From: Orenia marismortui DSM 5156
GTDB lineage: Bacteria; Bacillota; Halanaerobiia; Halobacteroidales; Halobacteroidaceae
Length of the DNA: 64,000 bases
Direction: 5' to 3'
Assembly (NCBI RefSeq): GCF_000379025.1
Contig: NZ_KB900617.1
Location: 858,820-922,819 of the forward strand
Numbering within the stretch: position 1 is the stretch's first letter; every line of letters begins with the position of its first letter. Both the position numbers and the translations under genes were made by a program. This document shows positions 1 through 9,356 of this stretch, in pieces. The notes beneath the pieces are model-generated. The model ran no database searches. It had not been told where the DNA came from and saw nothing but the letters and a program-made list of their open reading frames with translations.

Positions 1-679
1 GCACCTCTCAGTTTACCATTACTTAGGTTATGGTGTTCTCTAGGTTATCCATACTTTACAGTTATGATTTCCTGTTTGTAATTCTACTAGAACCCACTAT
101 AGTACTAGTGTTTAAACCACTCAAAATTAAGATATCATTAGTAATCAAATCTTAAACTTCAATAACCTAGATATCCTTCGCTATAATCAACTTTCGTTGA
201 TTTTTTTCTCACTACTATGATATCTTCTGAACTCTAATATATCATCACTCTGGCTTTCCTGTTGGAGTTATACCATCACTTATCTCTATAGATTTCTATA
301 AAGAATTATATTAGAGATTCCCTCGGTCAATTACGTAAACCCTACAATCATTCCGACCCTAATCACACCTAGTTTTCTAACATGGGCACTTCCAGTTACA
401 CGTATTTACCAGCGCTACCTGTCTCTCCTTTGTACAGAGCCCCAAGCTAACATTGGACTTCCCCGTTTTTATGGCGGGTCGCCAAAGCTAAATGCCACCT
501 CTGGTTCACATATTGTTCCGGACTGATTGCTCATCTCAAACTCTTCAGATTCTACCTCACGGTAGACACCCTACTACTGTTGATTTCACACACCGTACTG
601 GCGAAAACAGCATGGATAGGATTTTCACCTACTGTTTACTAAATCTACGAGGCACACATAAAAAAGAAGTAGACAGAAT

Positions 680-2077
680 CTACTTCTCTCTTATTAATAA
701 ATCTGCTATTTCATTATCCCCCATCAAATCTTCAATATTTTCTAATCCTAACTCTTGGAGAGTCTTTAGAACATTCATATTGTCAAAAGGAGTCATAATT
801 AAAGAATCTTCACCTGATTCATTGATTATCATAGTAGCTTTCTCTTTGTCAATATTTGTTCTTGGCCCTCCAACACAGCCACCATCACATCCCATTCCTT
901 CTACAAAGTTAGCATCTATATATTCTTCTGAATTTAATTTGTCTAATATATCTTTACAGTCTTTAACTCCATCAACCTTTTTAGCTTTAAGTTTTATTAA
1001 CCGTCTTGGAGCTATTCTGTTAACAACAGTTTTTACGGAAAAACTCACTCCCCCTGTCCTACCATAGATTCTTCCAGCAAAAGATGCTTGATCCTTTTCA
1101 TCAGCAGGTAGATCCTTTATATCAATCTCTAAAGCTTTAAATATCTCATCTAATTCACTATAAGTTAATACAAAATCAATTGCCTCTTTTAACTCCGGCT
1201 CTTTAGCTTCAGATTTTTTAGCTATACAAGGTCCTATAAATACTACTTTAGCTTCAGGATATAATTTTTTTAACATTCTGCCTGATAAAACCATTGGTGA
1301 AACTGAGGGAGACAGATGTTCAAATACTTCTGGATATTTACTTTCAACAAGTCTAATCCAAACTGGACAGCAACAACTTGTTAAAAAGAAATCTTTTTCA
1401 CTTGTCACCAATTCATCAAATTCAAAGGCTTCTTTGATTGTTAACATATCTGCAAATAAAGCTACTTCTACCATATCTTTAAATCCCATATATTTTAATG
1501 CAGTTCTTATCTGCCCTAAAGAGATATGATCACCAAATTGACCTACTATTGATGGTGCCACTGCAGCATATATGGGGGTTTTTTCATCTTTTAAATAATT
1601 AATTATCGGCATAAATTCTATCTTATCTGCTATTGCTCCAAAGGAACAACTACTAACACAGGTTCCACAGTTTAAACATTTATCATTTACTATTAGTGGC
1701 CCTTCTCTCCTCTTATACATTTGTGCTTCATATTTACAAGCTTCATAACATTCCCTATTTTCAATCTCCTTACCACAGGATTCACATCTGCCCTCTATCT
1801 TAGTTACTATTGGCTTATCCACATGAGAAATTTCTTTAATCTTCTTTAATTCATCAGAAAATGGCCTATTTCTACTCGGATCAAGTCCCATCACCACTCG
1901 AATATGATCTTTGATAAATGAATCCTCTTCATCTGAATATCCATACTTTTCTTTAATGTATTCTACTAATTGATCTAAATCTTCACTCTTTAATAGCTTA
2001 TTATTCCATTCTCTCTTAACTACTTCTCTAAAAATCTCCATCCGTTTGCTTTGAAATTCTGTGAATTGCTCCTCCAT
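680..2077 (-). CDS. [FeFe]-hydrogenase family protein (465 aa). It has two N-terminal ferredoxin-like [4Fe-4S] motifs followed by an H-cluster domain.
   Basis: The H-cluster signature motifs are present: 'TSCCP' (L1), 'FIGPCIAKKSE' (L2, an MPCxxK variant) and 'EGMGCDGGCVGGP' (L3, an ExMACxxGCxxG variant). The ferredoxin-type motif 'CLNCGTCVSSC' is also present. Confidence 0.75.
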   Translation of the reverse strand: MEEQFTEFQSKRMEIFREVVKREWNNKLLKSEDLDQLVEYIKEKYGYSDEEDSFIKDHIRVVMGLDPSRNRPFSDELKKIKEISHVDKPIVTKIEGRCESCGKEIENRECYEACKYEAQMYKRREGPLIVNDKCLNCGTCVSSCSFGAIADKIEFMPIINYLKDEKTPIYAAVAPSIVGQFGDHISLGQIRTALKYMGFKDMVEVALFADMLTIKEAFEFDELVTSEKDFFLTSCCCPVWIRLVESKYPEVFEHLSPSVSPMVLSGRMLKKLYPEAKVVFIGPCIAKKSEAKEPELKEAIDFVLTYSELDEIFKALEIDIKDLPADEKDQASFAGRIYGRTGGVSFSVKTVVNRIAPRRLIKLKAKKVDGVKDCKDILDKLNSEEYIDANFVEGMGCDGGCVGGPRTNIDKEKATMIINESGEDSLIMTPFDNMNVLKTLQELGLENIEDLMGDNEIADLLIREK

Positions 2078-2218
2078 AATTTATCCTCCTAGCTAGTTTC
2101 TATTATTTTGTCCAAATTAAAATTAAAAATTATATAATTTAAAAGTAATCATATTCAAAAACAAATTAGGATAAGCTTTGATACCTATCCTAACCTCTCT
2201 AAACTTAATATTTTAAAA

Positions 2219-2626
2219 TTAATTATTAGTTTTGACTAAATTGTAAGCTTTAAGCACAAATTCACGAACTTCTTTATTATCAGACCAATCTATTGTATTA
2301 CTATCTGACATAATATACTTTAAAAATATAATCCATTCTTTTTCTTCTAATGAGTATTGGCTGGTATCTATAGTTTGTGATTTGAGGTAATTCCTTATAA
2401 TCTCCTCCCAGGGAACAGGTTTATTATCCTTTAATGTCCCTTGTTGGCAAGCTTGAAAATAAGCCCATAAAGCCGGCAAAAATAGTGAATTATCTTCTTC
2501 ATTAGGACTATTATCTTCTTGTGATTGTAAGGTTACTTTAATATCTTCTGGATCAATTGGTTCTGCAGAATTAATCTTAAAGTATTTCTTACACCTAATT
2601 CTAGTAGAAGCCTTGGAATTCTCCAT
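2219..2626 (-). CDS. Hypothetical protein (135 aa). A hairpin plus T-tract lies just downstream, at about 2170-2200 on the minus strand.
   Basis: Clean ORF in the six-frame track. I recognised no family. Confidence 0.45.
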   Translation of the reverse strand: MENSKASTRIRCKKYFKINSAEPIDPEDIKVTLQSQEDNSPNEEDNSLFLPALWAYFQACQQGTLKDNKPVPWEEIIRNYLKSQTIDTSQYSLEEKEWIIFLKYIMSDSNTIDWSDNKEVREFVLKAYNLVKTNN

Positions 2627-2699
2627 ACTTCTCCCCCCTTTTTATATGTTGTGAAGCGTAGGGAAAAACCCTACACTTCATAATCAACTTGAAACTCCT

Positions 2700-2879
2700 C
2701 AAAATCTTCTTCTATCATTGTTAAAATCTTCAATAGGCCCTAAGTCTTCAATTTCTATATTTTCAACATCAGCTTCAATAACTAAGTCAAAACAAATACC
2801 AATTGCTCTATCAATATTAATTACTTCTTTAGCATTATTACAATCCTTTCTTCTTTTACCTTCTAATTCTTGAGTCATC
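2700..2879 (-). CDS. Small hypothetical protein (59 aa, MTQELEGKRRKDCNNAKEVINIDRAIGICFDLV...).
   Basis: The ORF is not in the supplied track because it is under 60 aa. A strong SD 'aaggaaaggggaggtgattag' sits 5 nt upstream of the ATG, and a hairpin 'gtagggtttttccctac' follows the stop. Confidence 0.3.
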
Positions 2880-2952
2880 TAATCACCTCCCCTTTCCTTT
2901 AGTTTATATTATGAATTAATGGTAAAATATGTTACAAGCTGATTGTATTATT

Positions 2953-2981
2953 CATAAAAAAAAGACAGACCCTTTGGTCTG
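2953..2981 (-). terminator. Rho-independent terminator for the minus-strand ABC uptake operon (stem cagacc/ggtctg, followed on the minus strand by a T8 run).
   Basis: The minus-strand read is 'gggcagaccaaagggtctgtcttttttttatgaa'. Confidence 0.6.
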
Positions 2982-3010
2982 CCCTTAGTTAAATATTATA
3001 TTCCTAAAAT
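2962..3010. repeat. Copy of the thrC 3' end plus terminator element. It shares the 22-mer 'ttaaatattatattcctaaaat' and a related hairpin with 13575-13630.
   Basis: The 22-bp match is identical. The reverse complement encodes '...ILGI*', which are the last codons of thrC, preceded here by a stop codon. Confidence 0.6.
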
Positions 3011-3140
3011 TTACTTTACCTTTGCTATTAAAGATAATAATTATTATCTAACAGCTATTATTAATCTCAAACACCTAAATGCTTCCTTTTTTCCATATTA
3101 TGCTGATTGAATATATAACAAAGTACAAAAATACTAATCC

Positions 3141-3926
3141 TTATTCTATCAAATCATAAGTAATACAGACAGGTTTATTATTTCTAGGATCAGTTACTAT
3201 TTCAGCATTAATATTAAATACTTTTCTTAAATTTGATTTTGTCATAACTTCCTCTGGTTCTCCATCACAGACTATCTTTCCATCCTTGATAGCAACCATA
3301 TAATCAGCAAACCTGGCTGCATTATTTAGTTCATGAATTACTAAGACGACTGTTCTCTTCTCAACTTTATTTAACTTTTCTAATAGCTTTAAAACCTCTA
3401 ATTGATGTGCTAAATCTAGATATGTAGTAGGCTCATCTAATAATAGAATTTCTGTCTGTTGAGCTAATGCCATCGCTATCCAAACCCTTTGCCTCTGACC
3501 TCCAGATAATTCATCTAATAATCTGTCTTTATAGGGTTTCATTCCTATTACCTCTAACACACCATCAATAATTTGATAATCTTCTTCTTTTAGCTTAGCA
3601 AAGCCACTTTGATAGGGAAACCTACCATAGGCTATCAACTCCTCTACCGTCAAACCCTTAGGAGCTTGTGGACTTTGTGGTAAGACTGCCATTACTTTAG
3701 CTATATCCTTTGAATCCTCAGTAATAATATCCTTGCCCTTTAAATAAACACTACCACTTTTGGCCTTTAAAATTCTAGCTATTGTCTTTAATATAGTCGA
3801 TTTCCCACATCCATTAGGTCCAATAATAGTAGTAATCTTCCCCTGAGGAATCTTTAAATTCAATTCTTTTACAATCTCTACATCGCCATATGCTATTGAT
3901 AAGTCTTGCGTATTTATACAGTTCAT
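3141..3926 (-). CDS. ABC transporter ATP-binding protein of the FecE/FepC type (iron-siderophore, heme or B12 class).
   Basis: Walker A 'GPNGCGKST', ABC signature 'LSGGQRQR', and Walker B 'LLLDEPT'. Confidence 0.9.
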   Translation of the reverse strand: MNCINTQDLSIAYGDVEIVKELNLKIPQGKITTIIGPNGCGKSTILKTIARILKAKSGSVYLKGKDIITEDSKDIAKVMAVLPQSPQAPKGLTVEELIAYGRFPYQSGFAKLKEEDYQIIDGVLEVIGMKPYKDRLLDELSGGQRQRVWIAMALAQQTEILLLDEPTTYLDLAHQLEVLKLLEKLNKVEKRTVVLVIHELNNAARFADYMVAIKDGKIVCDGEPEEVMTKSNLRKVFNINAEIVTDPRNNKPVCITYDLIE

Positions 3927-3941
3927 CTATAGTCACCTCTA

Positions 3942-4958
3942 CTACTCTTTAATCATTAAATAAATAAAATAAGGAACACCAATAATCGACATCACAATTC
4001 CTACTGGCAACTCTATAGGCGCTAGCAGATTTCTAGCTATAGTATCTGCTGCTAAAAGAAGTAAAGTTCCCACTAATGATGCAGTTGGTATTAACATTTT
4101 ATGTTTGGCTCCAACTAATCTTCTTGATATATGTGGAGAGATAAGACCTAAAAATGAAATACTACCAGCAACAGCAGTAGCTACTCCAGCTAAAGCAACA
4201 CTAGCAAGCAAAAGTACTCTTCGCTCTTTTTCAACTTCAACTCCTAAGCCTATTGATAGCTCATCACCTAAATTTAAAACATCTAGATATCTTGATTTAT
4301 AAAAAGTAAGAACAATAAAAAATAATAGCCACGGTAGAATTGTAAATACATACTTCCAATTACTTCCCCAAATACTTCCACTAGTCCAAACCATTACCCG
4401 ATTAAACTCCTGAGTAGTAAATTTTAATTGAAAGACTATTAACAAAGCCTGAAAAGCCGCATTGATACCTATACCAATTAAGATAAGTCTAGTGGCATTA
4501 ATACCTTTCTTCCAAGCAAAAGTATAGATTAAAAATGAACCTAATACAGCCCCTAATAAAGCTATCAGAGGCATGGTAAAGATTGTGGTATTACTGATTC
4601 CAGCATAAACATTTCCATTCATATAATAGATATATATCACTACAGCCAAGGCTGCTCCAGAGTTAATACCTAATATTCCAGGATCAGCCAAATCATTTTT
4701 GGTAATTGCTTGTAATACTGTACCTGATATAGCTAATCCAGTTGCAACAAGGATTGCTAAAATGATTCTAGGTAGTCTAATACTAAAGATTACAATTTCC
4801 TGTTTATTTGTTCCTTGTCCTAGTAAAGTTTTGATTATATCCCAAGTATCTATAGAGAAAGAACCTAGATTTAAGCTGATGATAAAAGTTAGGATAATCA
4901 AAGTAATCAATATAATTCCAGTTAAAATAAACTTCTCTCTTTTATTTGTGCTCATCAT
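3942..4958 (-). CDS. FecCD-family ABC permease.
   Basis: Polytopic membrane protein with a typical FecCD C-terminus. Its start overlaps the upstream gene's stop by 4 bp. Confidence 0.85.
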   Translation of the reverse strand: MMSTNKREKFILTGIILITLIILTFIISLNLGSFSIDTWDIIKTLLGQGTNKQEIVIFSIRLPRIILAILVATGLAISGTVLQAITKNDLADPGILGINSGAALAVVIYIYYMNGNVYAGISNTTIFTMPLIALLGAVLGSFLIYTFAWKKGINATRLILIGIGINAAFQALLIVFQLKFTTQEFNRVMVWTSGSIWGSNWKYVFTILPWLLFFIVLTFYKSRYLDVLNLGDELSIGLGVEVEKERRVLLLASVALAGVATAVAGSISFLGLISPHISRRLVGAKHKMLIPTASLVGTLLLLAADTIARNLLAPIELPVGIVMSIIGVPYFIYLMIKE

Positions 4959-6052
4959 AGCCCTCTAGACCTCCTTCTCACAAGATAAATAAAAAATGGA
5001 ACTCCTATCAAGGCCGTTAGAGAACCTACTGGTGTTTCATAAGGATGATTAATCATTCTTGCTATAATATCACTATAGACCAATAAATTAGCTCCTAATA
5101 CCAAAGAACATGGAATAATATATCTATAATCTGGACCTATTATAATCTTTACAACCTGAGGGATTATCAATCCTACAAAAGTAATATTTCCTGCTACTGC
5201 TACTGCACTTCCACTTAGTAATATTACAATCAAAATACCAATAAATCTTATTCTATTAATATTCTCCCCAAGACCAATGGCTATCTCTTCTCCCAAACTT
5301 AAAACAGTTATTTTTGGGGAAAGAATAATAGCAGCCAATAGACCAAAAATCCCTACAATAGATAATAAATTAACTCCTGACCACTGAGCCCCAGCTAGAC
5401 CTCCTGTAATCCAAAAACTCAATTGCTGAGATAGATTAGCATACATCGCCATAGCTGTAGCTAGTGAGATTAATAATGTTCCCAAAGATGTTCCTGCTAA
5501 AACAAGCTTTACTGGATCTATCCCTTTTACAGATTTAGAACTTAAAAAATAGATAAATAACCCACTAACACTGGCTCCAAGAAAAGCCAAGAGCATTAAT
5601 CCTACACTGCCTATACTCTGTTGCAGTACAAAAGCAATAGCTACTGCAAAGGTTGCCCCTTGTGTAATTCCCATAATAGAAGGTTCAGCAATAGGATTTC
5701 TAGTTATTCCTTGCATAATCGCCCCTGATACAGCCAAAAAAGACCCTACCAGCGCAGCAGAAAAAGCTCTAGGCATTCTGATATCTCTAATAATTTGAGA
5801 ATCAACTCCATCTCTTACCTCAAAAATACTAGAAAATACTGTAGATAGACCAATATCCTTAGTTCCTAAGGATATTGAGACTCCTATACCTAAACAAAGA
5901 ATAAGTAAACCAACTATTATTAAAAGAGAACTTATCACTATTCTACTTTTATTTCTGTTATTATTTATAGATTCAACCATCTCCATCTTTACTGTCATTC
6001 CTCTCTTTATTAAAAAAGTGACTACCAAGGTGTTTATCTCCTTTGCTCTCAC
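4955..6052 (-). CDS. FecCD-family ABC permease (second copy).
   Basis: Paralogous to the preceding permease. This is the usual two-permease arrangement. Confidence 0.85.
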   Translation of the reverse strand: MRAKEINTLVVTFLIKRGMTVKMEMVESINNNRNKSRIVISSLLIIVGLLILCLGIGVSISLGTKDIGLSTVFSSIFEVRDGVDSQIIRDIRMPRAFSAALVGSFLAVSGAIMQGITRNPIAEPSIMGITQGATFAVAIAFVLQQSIGSVGLMLLAFLGASVSGLFIYFLSSKSVKGIDPVKLVLAGTSLGTLLISLATAMAMYANLSQQLSFWITGGLAGAQWSGVNLLSIVGIFGLLAAIILSPKITVLSLGEEIAIGLGENINRIRFIGILIVILLSGSAVAVAGNITFVGLIIPQVVKIIIGPDYRYIIPCSLVLGANLLVYSDIIARMINHPYETPVGSLTALIGVPFFIYLVRRRSRGL

Positions 6053-6068
6053 CCCTATATACTTCTAT

Positions 6069-7010
6069 TTATTTTGATAATTTCTCTGCTATTATGTCTA
6101 ATAATAGCTTTCTACCAATTGGATTATAGCCTTGACCAAAGTATGGAGTACTCTCAAAAATACTGACATTACCTTCTTTAACAGCTCTAATACTCTTCCA
6201 GACTGAGCTTCTTTCTAAGTCCTTTTTAGCTCCTTTTGTTGCTATAACTATGATATGATCAGCATCAATTTCAGATAGACCTTCCATAGTTACAACTGGT
6301 AGACTTATTCCTTTTTGATCAGGAAGGTTAGCTGGCTTAGCTAATTTCATATCCTCATAAATAATTGCACCAATACCGCCATTACTAAAGATATAAAATT
6401 GACCACCACTAGCTAATACTGTTAAGTAAGTCTGCTCACCTTTTGCTTTAATAATTTTTTTGGCTATATCTTGAGCCTTGTTATCATAATCCTCTAGCCA
6501 ATTTTGAACCTGCTCTTCTTGTTTAAATAATCTAGCCAATTCATTCATTTTATTTTTCCAATCATTAGCATAGTCTTTTATCATAACTACTGGAGCAACC
6601 TTCTTTAACTGATCATAGATCTTCTCTTGCCGTCTGCTCATAATAATCAAATCTGGATTACTCTCTAAAATTCCTTCAATATCCATTGTATCCATCATAG
6701 AAAAACCAACAATCTTTACCTCTTTCATTTGGTCTTCAATATAACTTGGAAACTCACTTGTATTATAAGGATCAGTATTTGCTGTAGCAACTAAATTTTG
6801 TTTCATAAGTAATAATTCCTCGCTAGAACCTGATATGTCAGCAATGCGCTGTGGATTGGCAGGTATGAAAACCTCTCCTGTTATTGTATTAACTATTCTT
6901 CTTTTATCTGCCCCTTTATTATCTTTAATGTTGTCTGTAGCTTGATTTTGACATCCACTAAGAACAATTAAAGCTAATAGAACAAAACTAATAATTCTTA
7001 TCTTTTTCAT
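6069..7010 (-). CDS. Periplasmic substrate-binding protein of the siderophore/cobalamin class 8 type. It is a lipoprotein.
   Basis: Signal peptide plus lipobox 'LSGCQNQ'. Two-lobe binding-protein architecture next to the permeases. Confidence 0.75.
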   Translation of the reverse strand: MKKIRIISFVLLALIVLSGCQNQATDNIKDNKGADKRRIVNTITGEVFIPANPQRIADISGSSEELLLMKQNLVATANTDPYNTSEFPSYIEDQMKEVKIVGFSMMDTMDIEGILESNPDLIIMSRRQEKIYDQLKKVAPVVMIKDYANDWKNKMNELARLFKQEEQVQNWLEDYDNKAQDIAKKIIKAKGEQTYLTVLASGGQFYIFSNGGIGAIIYEDMKLAKPANLPDQKGISLPVVTMEGLSEIDADHIIVIATKGAKKDLERSSVWKSIRAVKEGNVSIFESTPYFGQGYNPIGRKLLLDIIAEKLSK

Positions 7011-7170
7011 CCTAACATCACCTTTTTTTTTTAGGGATTACCTCTCAACTTTATTATCTATAATAGTTTAAATGTCAAACTCACCTTTAATTAAAGATGA
7101 GTTTGACTAAATAGACTTTTTGATTTTGACTATTTACTTATCATTAATTACTATCTTCATAAAAATAATT

Positions 7171-9087
7171 CTAGAATTTTCGTTCTATACCTAAGTAGAC
7201 ATTTCTAGCAGGCATAGCATAAGCACCAGGTGTTACCCAACCACTACTACCACTACTTCTTACCTCATAGGCTTCGTTAGTTAAGTTATTCCCCTTTAAA
7301 ACAAGCTTAGTCTTATTATCAAGATGATAATTAACTCTCATATCTACAGTTAAATAAGACTCTGAAGTAAATCTTTCTAAGCTGCGCCCATTAGCACCTT
7401 GTAAAGCTAATTCAGCATTCCATAAATCCTGATCATAACGAAGCTTCATATGATAACCATGTGGTGTACTATTATCAAGATCTTCATAATAATCGCTATC
7501 AGCACCATCTTTATTTTCAATCTTTAAATAAGAGTATCCCATCGCTAGATTCCAACGATATGATAGCTGGCAGCTTAAATTAAGATCAAAACCATACTTT
7601 TTCTGACGATCAATATTAATTGCTAATGTTCTCCCATCATCACTAGTTCCATAACTGATAGCATCTTCTAATTGGCTACTAAAAATACTAGTTTGTAGCT
7701 TAGTCCCTTTACCTAATTCTGTATTTAAACCTAAAGTTATAGTATCTCCAGTCTCTGGGTTAAGATCTGGGTTCCCAACCATCCATTGAGTATCAGAAAA
7801 AAGATCTTCAACTAAAGGAGCTTTTACAAACTGCCCCCAGGATAGATAAAAATTAGTATCATTATTAATTTCACGATTAGCTGTTAGGTTTGAAGTGCTA
7901 TGTCCTCCAATAATACTATGATCATCATAACGACTTCCAGCAGTTAAAGTCCATTGATCTGTTACTTGCCATTGATCTTGCAAATACAGAGCTTTAGTAA
8001 TATAAGAGTTATTAATTCCCTGACTACTATAATCAGAGTCTGTCTGTCTCCACTCTGTACCATAAACTAATTTGTGAGAGTCAGTTAATGTTGAACTTTG
8101 TTGCCAGTCCCCACCAATAGCAATATTATCAAGATCATAGCCAGAACCATTACCATAATCAATCTCCTTCTTAGAGGAGTTACGATAGATACGGACTAAA
8201 CTATCACTTCCTAAATTATAAGTTAAGGCAATATTATTATCTACCGATGTTCCATTTCCATCAGGATAATAATAAACATCACCACTAGAATAACCTTCTG
8301 GTGCCCAACTAAAGCCAAAATTACGATCTGTATAATCAAATTGCAATGATAAAGAACGTTGATTGTTTAACTCCTGATCTAAGCTTAGAGTTAAAGATTT
8401 CTGGTCATAATAACTTTGATCCATCGTCTTGATTTTACCGGTCTTAGCCTCTTTATACTCAAAATCATCTTGTTCTTTTACTTCTCCAGTAATATAAAAA
8501 CCTAATCCATTATCAAATTTATTCTCTGCAGTCAGACTATGTTTCATAAATCCCCAGCTTCCTGTCTCTTGGGAGAAGGAGACTCTTGGTTCAGTTGCTT
8601 CCTTGGTAATAATATTAATTACACCACCTACAGCATCACTACCATATAATGAAGAACCAGCTCCTCGAACAACCTCAATCCGTTCAATATTTTCAATAGG
8701 GATATTATTAAAATCTACCCCCCCTTTACTACCACTCTTTACAACAAAATCCCAGTTCATTCGACGACCATCTATCATCACTAATACTCTTCGATCACCA
8801 TTTAGTATTGGAGTAGAACCTGTAGGATCAGTCTCCATATTCACATTAGATTCACTTAAAATTTGTTCTAAATTGACAAATCCACCTTCTTCAATATCTT
8901 CACTAGTAATTACAGTTACATCAGCTCCAGCCTCTGTCTCCTTAACAGCAATTCGGTTAGCAGTAACTACCAGAGTATACTCCTGTTCATCAGAGCCACT
9001 CTCCTCAGCAGTAACTGCTGTTGTTGTTAAACCAATCAATAAGAAAAATAAAGAAATTGATGCTAAAATCCTTCTATAGTTTTTCAA
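7171..9087 (-). CDS. TonB-dependent outer-membrane receptor (638 aa).
   Basis: Signal peptide; TonB box 'TLVVTANR'; plug and beta-barrel layout; C-terminal aromatic residue '...IERKF'. Confidence 0.85.
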   Translation of the reverse strand: MKNYRRILASISLFFLLIGLTTTAVTAEESGSDEQEYTLVVTANRIAVKETEAGADVTVITSEDIEEGGFVNLEQILSESNVNMETDPTGSTPILNGDRRVLVMIDGRRMNWDFVVKSGSKGGVDFNNIPIENIERIEVVRGAGSSLYGSDAVGGVINIITKEATEPRVSFSQETGSWGFMKHSLTAENKFDNGLGFYITGEVKEQDDFEYKEAKTGKIKTMDQSYYDQKSLTLSLDQELNNQRSLSLQFDYTDRNFGFSWAPEGYSSGDVYYYPDGNGTSVDNNIALTYNLGSDSLVRIYRNSSKKEIDYGNGSGYDLDNIAIGGDWQQSSTLTDSHKLVYGTEWRQTDSDYSSQGINNSYITKALYLQDQWQVTDQWTLTAGSRYDDHSIIGGHSTSNLTANREINNDTNFYLSWGQFVKAPLVEDLFSDTQWMVGNPDLNPETGDTITLGLNTELGKGTKLQTSIFSSQLEDAISYGTSDDGRTLAINIDRQKKYGFDLNLSCQLSYRWNLAMGYSYLKIENKDGADSDYYEDLDNSTPHGYHMKLRYDQDLWNAELALQGANGRSLERFTSESYLTVDMRVNYHLDNKTKLVLKGNNLTNEAYEVRSSGSSGWVTPGAYAMPARNVYLGIERKF

Positions 9088-9356
9088 TTTTAGTTCCTCC
9101 TAATTATTTTTGATAGCAAACTTTAAATAGCACTTTAAAAAAGAGTAATATATATAACACAAAAAAGAAATCATATAATTATCCACAGCCCCTGAAAGCA
9201 GTTGCCCTTTACTTCTTGAGAAAGTACTCTTATGGTATAAAAAACTAATTATTATTTGATTTTAATCGGTGAAAACCTGTGACAAAAATATCAAATTCTT
9301 ATCACTTTGTATATACTAAAACATTTAACACTCCTTATGTAAGTTATTACAAATAG

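Noticed and set aside
492-1067. Plus-strand ORF of 191 aa.
   Set aside because: It overlaps the hydrogenase gene on the opposite strand and the GC-rich non-coding block. It has a low-complexity composition and no family resemblance, so I treat it as a shadow ORF.
2985-3010. Possible unannotated minus-strand gene ending '...LGI*', identical to the thrC end.
   Set aside because: An in-frame stop lies only 4 codons upstream ('V K * I L G I *'). It is a relic fragment, not an ORF. I report it as a repeat instead.
4105-4968. Plus-strand ORFs 4105..4302 and 4699..4968.
   Set aside because: They lie antisense within the FecCD permease genes and have an Ser/Thr/Pro-rich nonsense composition. I treat them as shadow ORFs.
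8603-9079. Plus-strand ORF of 158 aa.
   Set aside because: It lies antisense inside the TonB-dependent receptor gene.
9088-9356. Cobalamin riboswitch upstream of the TonB-dependent receptor (the BtuB hypothesis).
   Set aside because: No B12-box (GCCACTG) and none of the conserved riboswitch core elements are visible on the coding strand.
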